From: Elusimicrobiota bacterium
GTDB lineage: Bacteria; Elusimicrobiota; Endomicrobiia; CG1-02-37-114; JAHJSO01
Length of the DNA stretch: 46,890 bases
Direction: 5' to 3'
Assembly: GCA_043826435.1 (NCBI GenBank)
Contig: JBDRQF010000017.1
Span: 1-46,890 of the forward strand
Below, piece after piece: positions 27,439-34,854 of the stretch (positions are counted from its first letter, which is position 1; each line of letters opens with the position of its first letter). Under the pieces are notes generated by a model. The model was not told the DNA's origin, did not search any database, and saw only the letters and a list, made by a program, of their open reading frames with translations. A program made the translations under genes and the position numbers.

Positions 27439-28715
27439 TACATCTCTTCCAAAAATTCAAGAGATTTTTTTGTCCACTTATCAATGAATATATGCCGGTT
27501 CGTCTCCCTTAATTTCTCATATCCCGGAACAGCACCGGCTGTTTTACCGCAGTGGTGATATACAAAAACGTCTCCTGCGACCATTATTTTATAGCCCATC
27601 TGTCTCACCCTGAGACAATAATCATAGTCCTCGTAACCGCCCCAGTTGAACCTTTCATCCAGGAACCCTGTTTTATCAAGAACCTCCCGTTTTATCAGCG
27701 TGCAAAAGGCAATAACCCTGTGGACGTCGTAATACGTCCCCGGGTTTGCCAGTTTAAGGGCATGGGCACACATTTGTATATCAACTGCCGTCTTTAATTT
27801 TTTTGTCCCGGGGACAACCTGCTGTCCTACGGCCGCATTCGTACAGGGACCGACAATGCCGATGGCTTTATTGCTTTCAATGCATTTAATCATACCGTCA
27901 AGCCATCCGTCAGTCAGGACAACGTCGTTGTTCAACAGGACTATGTAATCTCCCCTGCAACGTTTAAGCCCGATGTTGACCGCCTTTGCAAAAGACAGGT
28001 TTTCAGAATTGAGTACTAGTTTCGCTTTCTTTACGGATTTCAGGTATCTTTTCGTACCACCGGCGGAACCGTTATCAATAAGAATTAGTTCATACGGAAG
28101 ACGGGTATGTTTTTTAAAACTTTCAATGCACTCTCTGGTATATTTCATGCCATTGTATGCAATGATAATAATACTCGTTAATTTTTTCCTGCCCGATGGA
28201 CGCAGGGGTATCCGGCTCCGCCTGCCCGCGACAATACCCCTTATCCAGGAATCCAGAACCTCAATCTTTGAATCAAAGGGGAGTTTCTGCCGTAAAAAGC
28301 GTTTGTCCTTACCGCTACGGGCTATGATTAAGTCGGCATAACCATAAACATCCGTCCCACTGCCTGGCGGGTCAAACAAACATATTACAAAATCCGCCAA
28401 AGGGCACAACTGACGCAATTGAGGGAGATACTTTTCAGCCAACCCTTCAGAAACAATCAGGACTAATTTGATTTTGTTCTTTTTCAGTCCCCCGTCCCTT
28501 AACAGTCCCGACAGTATTTCCCCTGAGAGGTCAATCTTCTCAAAATCGGAAGCGGTTAAACCCGCCGCCTCCAGGTCATTTACTCCGTCAAAATGGGGAA
28601 CAAAGAATAGCCCGTTCCGTTTTGACAGGGCGGCGATAATTGAGTTAAGTTTCTTCCTGTGTGAATTAAAGGAATAAGAGTACGGGCTTACAAACAATAT
28701 TTTTGATTTGTCCAT
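27438..28715 (-). CDS. Two-domain glycosyltransferase: unknown N-terminal domain of about 190 aa plus a GT2 catalytic domain.
   Basis: SIIIIAYNG...LILIDNGS...VLLNNDV...YEDYDY (GT-A DxD/ED motifs). Confidence 0.7.
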   Translation of the reverse strand: MDKSKILFVSPYSYSFNSHRKKLNSIIAALSKRNGLFFVPHFDGVNDLEAAGLTASDFEKIDLSGEILSGLLRDGGLKKNKIKLVLIVSEGLAEKYLPQLRQLCPLADFVICLFDPPGSGTDVYGYADLIIARSGKDKRFLRQKLPFDSKIEVLDSWIRGIVAGRRSRIPLRPSGRKKLTSIIIIAYNGMKYTRECIESFKKHTRLPYELILIDNGSAGGTKRYLKSVKKAKLVLNSENLSFAKAVNIGLKRCRGDYIVLLNNDVVLTDGWLDGMIKCIESNKAIGIVGPCTNAAVGQQVVPGTKKLKTAVDIQMCAHALKLANPGTYYDVHRVIAFCTLIKREVLDKTGFLDERFNWGGYEDYDYCLRVRQMGYKIMVAGDVFVYHHCGKTAGAVPGYEKLRETNRHIFIDKWTKKSLEFLEEM

Positions 28716-28724
28716 ATCCGTGTT

Positions 28725-29918
28725 TCAGAATTCTGCAAGGAATTCTTTTATGTCTTTTTTGATGATTTCAATGTCTCCGTTGTATTTTTTTGCAATCTCA
28801 ACGGCTATGTCAGCCGCTGCTATGCCGTCCTGTCTTAACCGCCATATTTCGTAACCTATGCCGTCCATTTCGTAAGTAACGCCGGACTCAATGGGCGAAA
28901 GCAATATGGACCCGTCAACATTCTGACATATCATTTTGTTTTTAACGTTTAATTTGTCTATGCTGCAGGATATGGGTCTGCCGGCGACCCATCCGAAAAA
29001 TCTGCCGGCGAATGTTGATATTTCAAATACGAGGTCAAAAAAATGAAAAATGTGCGGGCGGAGCACCATATCCCTGCAACATTTAAACGCCCTTTTGAAA
29101 AACTCCAGAAACTCGCGCGGGGCAATCGGCGAAGGAAATTCTACAACAGCGCGGTATTTCTTTATCAACCGGGAAGAATAATATTTTCTTTTTGTTTCCT
29201 GCAACAGGAAGGAAAGAAAATTATTTTCGTGGACAAGACGGACAACCGCTTCCGGGACGTATTTTAATTTATACCCTGAAAGCAAAACCCTCCAGGAAAG
29301 TTCTGCATCCTCAACGGTCGCTCCGATGAACGCCTCATCAAAAAGGCCGACGTTGAATAATACATCCCTGCGATAAACGGCATTTGCAGTCCAGAGGTAA
29401 GGGAGGACGGACTCTGAAAGCGTCGGAGCACGCCACATATGTTTTGAGTACGCGTAATCTAAGTATTTTTCAATGAGACCCGCAGGTTCATAGGACAGCG
29501 CCCTGCCCCCGCACCCGGCAGTAACGTGCCCCGCGGTACCGTGCCCCGCGGTACCGGGTTCCATATTACCGCTCCCCGCGCCGCCTGCAGTGGGTTTATT
29601 TTCAAATGCGTCAATAAGATTTTTTAACCAGGACGAATCAACTACGCAATCGCCGTCGGTAAACGCAACGAATTCACCACTTGCCTCCGCCAACCCCCTG
29701 TTGCGCGCCACGGCAGCGGAGTGTTTCTTATCTTCAAAAATATATTTAACGGGATAGCGTTTTATAATTTCCGCAGTCCTGTCAGTTGAATTATTATCAA
29801 CGACAATTACCTCAAGTAGTTCTCCGGGGTAATCAAGACGCATCAGGGCATTGAGACATAAAGGCAGGTTTTTTTCTTCATTAAAGACAGGGACAATAAC
29901 GCTTGCTTTTGGCAACAT
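28725..29918 (-). CDS. GT2 glycosyltransferase fused to a C-terminal PqqD-family (RiPP-recognition-element-like) domain.
   Basis: N-terminus SVIVPVFNEE...VIVVDNNSTD...FTDGDC is GT2. The C-terminal 90 aa, ILLSPIESGVTYEMDGIGYEIWRLRQDGIAAADIAVEIAKKYNGDIEIIKKDIKEFL, follow the PqqD pattern. GGAGGA Shine-Dalgarno upstream. Confidence 0.7.
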   Translation of the reverse strand: MLPKASVIVPVFNEEKNLPLCLNALMRLDYPGELLEVIVVDNNSTDRTAEIIKRYPVKYIFEDKKHSAAVARNRGLAEASGEFVAFTDGDCVVDSSWLKNLIDAFENKPTAGGAGSGNMEPGTAGHGTAGHVTAGCGGRALSYEPAGLIEKYLDYAYSKHMWRAPTLSESVLPYLWTANAVYRRDVLFNVGLFDEAFIGATVEDAELSWRVLLSGYKLKYVPEAVVRLVHENNFLSFLLQETKRKYYSSRLIKKYRAVVEFPSPIAPREFLEFFKRAFKCCRDMVLRPHIFHFFDLVFEISTFAGRFFGWVAGRPISCSIDKLNVKNKMICQNVDGSILLSPIESGVTYEMDGIGYEIWRLRQDGIAAADIAVEIAKKYNGDIEIIKKDIKEFLAEF

Positions 29919-30186
29919 GTCAAACGAACCATCCTCCGGCGGGCCGGGATAAAATACGCTCTGACGGACTTAACAAATATCATCTAACAAATAGATTTAA
30001 CAGCGGGCGCCCAATATTTATGAAATGGTTTTCACTCGTAAACTACTGATGACGGGGTATGTCCTTTGATTATGTTTTCTACAAAATATCCCGCACCTGA
30101 CAGGCATTAACTACCCAGAAAAACAGGAGCTTTCTTTATCCTGCGGTACTTAATCAACTTCGGCTTTGAATAAGACAGTTTTTTCT

Positions 30187-30477
30187 TCATTTTGCGCCTC
30201 CTGTAACAATTTTGACAATTTTTTCCCTACTTAAATTCTTAATAAATTCAAGGGTATCACTATTCGCCTTCTTCTGCGTAACGTTGTATTTCCCGGCAAT
30301 AAATTTCGTTACTTGCTGTAGGTTTTTGTCCGCCATAAATAAATTCCATATCTCCGTCCCCGTTTCATCAAGGGAATAATACCAACCCGTCTTCTGGTCT
30401 AAAATCACCGTTTCCTTGTTAACCGTTCTCCAGACAATTCCATCCTGCGATTCAACTCGAATCATTTCTTCCTTCAT
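30187..30477 (-). CDS. Stand-alone PqqD-family small protein (peptide-chaperone/RRE-like).
   Basis: 96 aa. WRTVNKETVILDQKTGWYYSLDETGTEIWNLF...VTKFIAGKYNV...DTLEFIKNL fits the PqqD/RRE fold. Confidence 0.65.
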   Translation of the reverse strand: MKEEMIRVESQDGIVWRTVNKETVILDQKTGWYYSLDETGTEIWNLFMADKNLQQVTKFIAGKYNVTQKKANSDTLEFIKNLSREKIVKIVTGGAK

Positions 30478-30565
30478 TATCGTCCCCTTCCCCCCTTCCG
30501 GTAACCCTCATGGTGTTCCGGGCGTTGAGCCCCGGCCGCACATTGGTGACAGCAGGATATTTTCC

Positions 30566-30597
30566 CCGGAGCACCTGAAGTGCTCCCGTGTTTTTTT
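30566..30597 (+). terminator. Rho-independent-terminator-like hairpin (GGAGCAC-ctgaa-GTGCTCC followed by T7), on the plus strand opposite the operon.
   Basis: A 7-bp perfect GC-rich stem plus a T-run. No plus-strand gene lies upstream, so it may stop antisense transcription or act as an RNA structure within the minus-strand mRNA. Confidence 0.3.
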
Positions 30598-30949
30598 AAT
30601 TGACTTCAATATAGTCCTTTTTAATGAATCCCTTATACCAATTCTCATATTCTTCGGGCGTAACCAAATGGATCTCAAAAGGAGCGCCCGGAAACTTTTC
30701 TTTTATTTTGACTTTGAGTTCTGCCTGCCCGAATAAGTCCCCCGGAATTTCAGGGGAGATAATTAAAATGTCAATATCGCTGCCGGGGCGATATTCCTGC
30801 CGGACTGCCGAGCCGAATACCATGACCTTTTCATCTGTAAAAAAATTTCCGACTATTCTTTTAATTTCTCTTGCATGGAACATATAATTTTGAAAATAGT
30901 ATTCGGACTTTTGATTTTCTTCGGTTAATATTTTATATAAACTTTTCAT
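30596..30949 (-). CDS. Minimal nucleotidyltransferase (MNT/Pol-beta superfamily).
   Basis: VFGSAVRQEYRPGSDIDILI is the GS-x(9-13)-DxD motif. 117 aa. Overlaps the HEPN gene by 17 nt. Confidence 0.75.
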   Translation of the reverse strand: MKSLYKILTEENQKSEYYFQNYMFHAREIKRIVGNFFTDEKVMVFGSAVRQEYRPGSDIDILIISPEIPGDLFGQAELKVKIKEKFPGAPFEIHLVTPEEYENWYKGFIKKDYIEVN

Positions 30950-31334
30950 TTATTCCTTTCTCTAAAAATTTGAAAACACTTTCAGCAAATTCTATAATTT
31001 TTTGAATCTCTTCTTTATTAAATTCTCTCGGAAAATATCTGCTCGTAATATATGCATCTTCCAAACCTCTGAATTGCAAAGAATGTTCCCGGTAAAATTC
31101 AAGAATATTTTTTGACTCATAAACCTCTGCTAACTCATTAAATAGTTTGTCCAAATAATGTGTTTTGGGAAAATCACCCGCTTTTAAAAAGATTAGATAC
31201 TTTATCCATAACTGAACCGCCTGTTCAATATCTAATGCAGATAAATTATATCTTGCTTTTTGAAAATCTTCCCCTGCCCTTTCCCAGAATTCTTTTGCTC
31301 TTTTCTTTAGAAATTCAGTGTTCTCTTGTATCAT
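30933..31334 (-). CDS. HEPN-domain protein, partner of the MNT.
   Basis: 133 aa, all-helical pattern, and a Rx4-6H-like region (RYFPREFNKEEIQKI) near the C-terminus. Tightly coupled to the MNT gene. Confidence 0.6.
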   Translation of the reverse strand: MIQENTEFLKKRAKEFWERAGEDFQKARYNLSALDIEQAVQLWIKYLIFLKAGDFPKTHYLDKLFNELAEVYESKNILEFYREHSLQFRGLEDAYITSRYFPREFNKEEIQKIIEFAESVFKFLEKGINEKFI

Positions 31335-32483
31335 TTATTCTCCGTCCATATTTTTTCTCAAAAAATCCACCATAACGCGGGCATTGCTGGCGCTGTCCGT
31401 TCCCAATGTAAACCTGTAGCAGCGTGACATAGCGATTACCTTCAAAAACACCCGCAACCTTGAGACGGCAATCCTGAACTTGGCAAATAAGTCCTTTATT
31501 CCCGTCCGCAAAAAATATTCCACCATCTGCGGCAAACCCAGTCCGAGGACACCGTTTGTTATAAATGGAAGAATAGCGCTCGTTGGACAAATCTTTGTAA
31601 TTCTTGGATTATCTGCCGCTTCTCTCTCCCCGATTAAAATAATAGCAGGTTCGGTTCTGTCGGATGCAGCGGATGCGCCTCTGCCTGAGATTTTATCTCC
31701 GAAATACTCCAAATCAATCAGGATCTTATGACCGTGCTTCCTACGAGAGAAATTATACAAATATTTTTCGGGAATGTCAAGGAGCGTGTCGGGTGGTGCC
31801 CCCTTCCTTACGCCTATCCTTATTGGAAAAGGCAAAATTTCTCCCTTTTTTGACACAAGTGGTGTGTCGTCTGCAAGAAGTTTGACCCCGTTATGTTTCA
31901 GTAATTCCAGGGCGAGGGTGGTCTTTCCCGCCCCCTGTGGAAGCACCAATAAAACCCCTTTACCATAAAACGAAATCCCCATGGCATGCAAACGATGTAT
32001 TCCTCTTTTATCCAACAATTCACCTGACCTGGAAAGAATCAAAAGATAAACCAGTTCATGCATCAGGTCACTGTTTTGTGTATAGACCCTGCCGGTTTCT
32101 TCCTTATAGTCATATATCGTCAGTGCTTCACCGTGATAGTCAACATATCTCTTGTTTTCAAAATCATAAGAAATTGAATCGGGGTTGTACAGCGATGCCC
32201 TGACTGCAGGTATTTGACTGAAATCCGGCGTTGTTAAAAAACTATGGATTTTTATTGCAGGGACGGGGGTTGTGGGACTCGCCGTGGTTTCATGGGTTGC
32301 CGGGGCTCCGGGAGTTGCGGGGGCGGGCTCGGGGGCGAGTGCAGGATTTTCCGTTATATCCGGTACCGTTATATCCGAGACGAAGTAAGCAAAATCCCGG
32401 GCTAAAAGTTCGGCGATATCGCTGTCGTCCGACTCTAAATATACCTTTACTCCATAGAAGTTGAAATGTTTGGAACTCTTCAT
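31335..32483 (-). CDS. HPr-kinase-related serine kinase (HprK C-terminal-domain-like).
   Basis: HAMGISFYGKGVLLVLPQGAGKTTLALELLKHNGVKLLADDTPLV matches the HprK P-loop region (GxxGxGKS/T...ADD). The N-terminal domain is joined by a Pro/Ala/Thr-rich linker. Confidence 0.7.
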   Translation of the reverse strand: MKSSKHFNFYGVKVYLESDDSDIAELLARDFAYFVSDITVPDITENPALAPEPAPATPGAPATHETTASPTTPVPAIKIHSFLTTPDFSQIPAVRASLYNPDSISYDFENKRYVDYHGEALTIYDYKEETGRVYTQNSDLMHELVYLLILSRSGELLDKRGIHRLHAMGISFYGKGVLLVLPQGAGKTTLALELLKHNGVKLLADDTPLVSKKGEILPFPIRIGVRKGAPPDTLLDIPEKYLYNFSRRKHGHKILIDLEYFGDKISGRGASAASDRTEPAIILIGEREAADNPRITKICPTSAILPFITNGVLGLGLPQMVEYFLRTGIKDLFAKFRIAVSRLRVFLKVIAMSRCYRFTLGTDSASNARVMVDFLRKNMDGE

Positions 32484-32764
32484 AAATTATACCTTTAACC
32501 GTACTATGCCGGTCCGGTTTTTCCCGACCATTATACCCTCTGCCTCTATGAAAAAGACCATTCCAAACCTGACAAGAATATTATATCAAAATTGGCACAA
32601 ATTTTTAATGTCATATCATTATTTCGGTAATTCCATTTTCGTTCTGAAATAAGATCCTTTCCCATTTTATTATTTACTCCTTTATTATAGTATAGTAACT
32701 AAACTATAGTAAAATCTTTATTATAGTATGGTAAAATAAAAATTGATTGTCAACCCCCGCCGTT
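32484..32764 (-). promoter_or_regulatory. AT-rich leader/promoter region of the HprK-related operon. It has direct repeats CTTTATTATAGTAT(A/G)GTAA at 32679-32698 and 32716-32738, plus a third TATAGTAAAAT at 32704-32715.
   Basis: 281 bp with no ORF and several TATAAT-like hexamers on the minus strand. The repeated 19-mer looks like an operator or transcription-factor site array. Confidence 0.4.
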
Positions 32765-33796
32765 TTATTTAACCAGGCCTCTCAAAAAACCCAGTCCGTA
32801 GGAAACATGTCCGACCGGGAACAATAAAAAGAGACACGGAAATATCCTGATATCTCTGTACTGGACGGCGGTTAAAAATGAAAAGAACACATTCAGGACA
32901 AAGTAAGAAAACAACGGAAAAAGATAAATCTGACTGCGGGAAAAGATAAGTGAAATTAAATAAACTATAAATAAACTTGGGAGAATAAAATACGGGGAGA
33001 ACGAGCGTGGCACACGCCGCGTCATCTGCCCCCTGCCGCAACCGTACTTAAAAAACTGTTTCGCAAACCCGGTTAGCGTTGCCCGTCGCCTGTGATAAAC
33101 AACCAAATCGGGGGTGTGTAACATTGCGTATCCCCTTGAGGCGAGCGTAACCATAAGAAGATTCTCTTCATTGCAGACAAGTTTTTCATCAAACACAACC
33201 TTTTCATTCACAAAAAGTTTCCTGCGGATAGCCAGGTTACACAAGATCAATGATTTGTCGTCAGCCGGGCGGTCTCCGCCTGAAGACACATACCTGCGTC
33301 TCACATTTGCGCTGCCGAATGGCGAAACGAGGAGGTGCCCGGAACACTTCTGTAAAAGATTGCCCGCCGGCGGGGTTAAATTCGGCCCGCCTATTATATC
33401 CGTATCCACATACCTGCCGAACTTCTCCCTGCATATCCCGATTATGTCCCTGTCAACGATTATATCGTCATCAAGAAAATATATAATTTCACCGGAGGTG
33501 TGTTTCAGCGCCTCGTTCCTTGCCCCGCCGTTGGACATTCTCTCAATGGGAATGAGCCGTAAATTGGGATTCAAAAGGGACGCCTGTTCCAAATAGGTAT
33601 GGCTTGCATGGTCGTCGCCGTTGACTATGACCACCATCTCCCATTCATCATTTTGTGGAGTGGGATCTGGGGTCAGGTCTTGACATTTGACATGTGGGGT
33701 GTGTGCGTAAATACTTTCAAGGCATTCCTTAAGATGCCCCAGCCTTTTGTATGTGATAATTACTGCACTAATAATAATAGGGTCAGGTCTTGACAT
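32765..33796 (-). CDS. GT2 glycosyltransferase whose start codon and an internal in-frame segment are supplied by REP-like repeat copies.
   Basis: IISAVIITYKRLGHLKECLESIYAHT, then EMVVIVNGDD, are the GT2 N-terminal strands. The roughly 14 codons between them (PHVKCQDLTPDPTPQNDEW) are encoded by REP copy C. The first codons MSRPDP come from REP copy D1. Confidence 0.65.
   Translation of the reverse strand: MSRPDPIIISAVIITYKRLGHLKECLESIYAHTPHVKCQDLTPDPTPQNDEWEMVVIVNGDDHASHTYLEQASLLNPNLRLIPIERMSNGGARNEALKHTSGEIIYFLDDDIIVDRDIIGICREKFGRYVDTDIIGGPNLTPPAGNLLQKCSGHLLVSPFGSANVRRRYVSSGGDRPADDKSLILCNLAIRRKLFVNEKVVFDEKLVCNEENLLMVTLASRGYAMLHTPDLVVYHRRRATLTGFAKQFFKYGCGRGQMTRRVPRSFSPYFILPSLFIVYLISLIFSRSQIYLFPLFSYFVLNVFFSFLTAVQYRDIRIFPCLFLLFPVGHVSYGLGFLRGLVK
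33668..33705 (+). repeat. REP-like repeat, copy C (ggggtcaggtcttgacatttgaca), inserted in-frame within the GT2 coding sequence.
   Basis: Core 33669-33692. Confidence 0.7.
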
Positions 33797-33885
33797 TTGT
33801 TAAAAACCTCGTCCACCGTTATTTAATAGTGGGGTCAGGTCTTGCATCATTTGACACTATTAAAAACCTCGTCCGCCGTTATCAA
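33779..33885 (+). repeat. Tandem duplication (two units of about 52 bp) of the REP-like repeat plus the adjacent ttaaaaacctcgtccRccgttat segment, copies D1 and D2.
   Basis: Cores at 33780-33799 and 33831-33856. D2 carries the TGA stop of the heptosyltransferase gene. D1 carries the ATG of the GT2 gene. Confidence 0.7.
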
Positions 33886-34839
33886 ACTCATACAGTCGGG
33901 CTTTTTATCGCAGGCATTTTTATAGCAGGGGGCACAGTGAATTTTTGAAACAACCTTTATCCCCCTGTTGTATAAATCTATTTCACCGGGGGATGTCGGG
34001 CCGAATAACGCTACAACCTTTTTCTTAAGCGCTATTGCAATATGCATTGCGACCGTATCCCCGGTGACTACCAAATCACAACAATTAATTATGGAAATAA
34101 AATCGCTCAGTGAATTGTTAGTCCCTGTATCAATAACCGGAAATTTTATTTTTTGTTTTATTTCTTTATTCCTTTTAACTTCCCTCAAACCGCCGAGCAG
34201 CAATATTTGGGTATCTCCGGCATTGCGTAGGGCGGTTGCCAGTTTGACAAAACCGTCAATAGTCCATTTCTTTTTCGGATATTTGGGCCCGCAACCTGTA
34301 TTCAGCCCGATTTTAAAACTGCGCCTTATACCTTTGTGCCTTTTCAGGAAATTTTCTGAAAATTTTACCTGCCTTTCCGAAAGATTGAGTATATACGGCT
34401 GTCCTGCGTAACGCAGGCGGCACTGTTCAAAAACAACTTCCTGATATGTCTTTTTGTTCCGCCTGAATTTTAATTCATCATCAAGCCCCAGCCGGACTGC
34501 GTATTCCGACCCACTGTTTAACGCAACGATTCTGCCCCCCTTAATTCCAAACCCGAATTTCTCCCATGCATCCAGTCCCGTTGCAATTTTCAGCGCCCTT
34601 GTGTCTTTGTCAAGGTTGATGACAAGATTATAATAATTTTTTAGAGAGCATCGCGACCGGGGTTCCCCGATTGTTAAAATCTCGTCTATAAAATCATTAT
34701 TTTCAAGAACAGGCACCGCATTTTTTTCTGTAAGCCAAGTTATCCCGGCACCGGGATATTTGTCCTTTAGCCCGTAAAGTAAAGGGGTTGTCCTCAACAC
34801 ATCCCCCTCCGCGGCGAGTTTAATAAGCAGGGTGTTCAT
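33847..34839 (-). CDS. GT9 glycosyltransferase (ADP-heptose:LPS heptosyltransferase-like).
   Basis: GT-B architecture with the GT9 C-terminal region (LLLGG...DLVVTGDTVAMHIAIAL...ALFGPTSP). Confidence 0.75.
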   Translation of the reverse strand: MNTLLIKLAAEGDVLRTTPLLYGLKDKYPGAGITWLTEKNAVPVLENNDFIDEILTIGEPRSRCSLKNYYNLVINLDKDTRALKIATGLDAWEKFGFGIKGGRIVALNSGSEYAVRLGLDDELKFRRNKKTYQEVVFEQCRLRYAGQPYILNLSERQVKFSENFLKRHKGIRRSFKIGLNTGCGPKYPKKKWTIDGFVKLATALRNAGDTQILLLGGLREVKRNKEIKQKIKFPVIDTGTNNSLSDFISIINCCDLVVTGDTVAMHIAIALKKKVVALFGPTSPGEIDLYNRGIKVVSKIHCAPCYKNACDKKPDCMSLITADEVFNSVK

Positions 34840-34854
34840 TTTTCAGGATACCCG

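Noticed and set aside
29919-30186. Candidate precursor peptide ORFs in the gap between the PqqD and GT2-PqqD genes (a 28-aa minus-strand ORF MPVRCGIFCRKHNQRTYPVISSLRVKTIS and a 46-aa ORF overlapping the GT2 start).
   Set aside because: No ribosome-binding site, no leader/core features, and the second is out of frame across a strong GGAGGA-ATG start. Cannot be supported from sequence alone.
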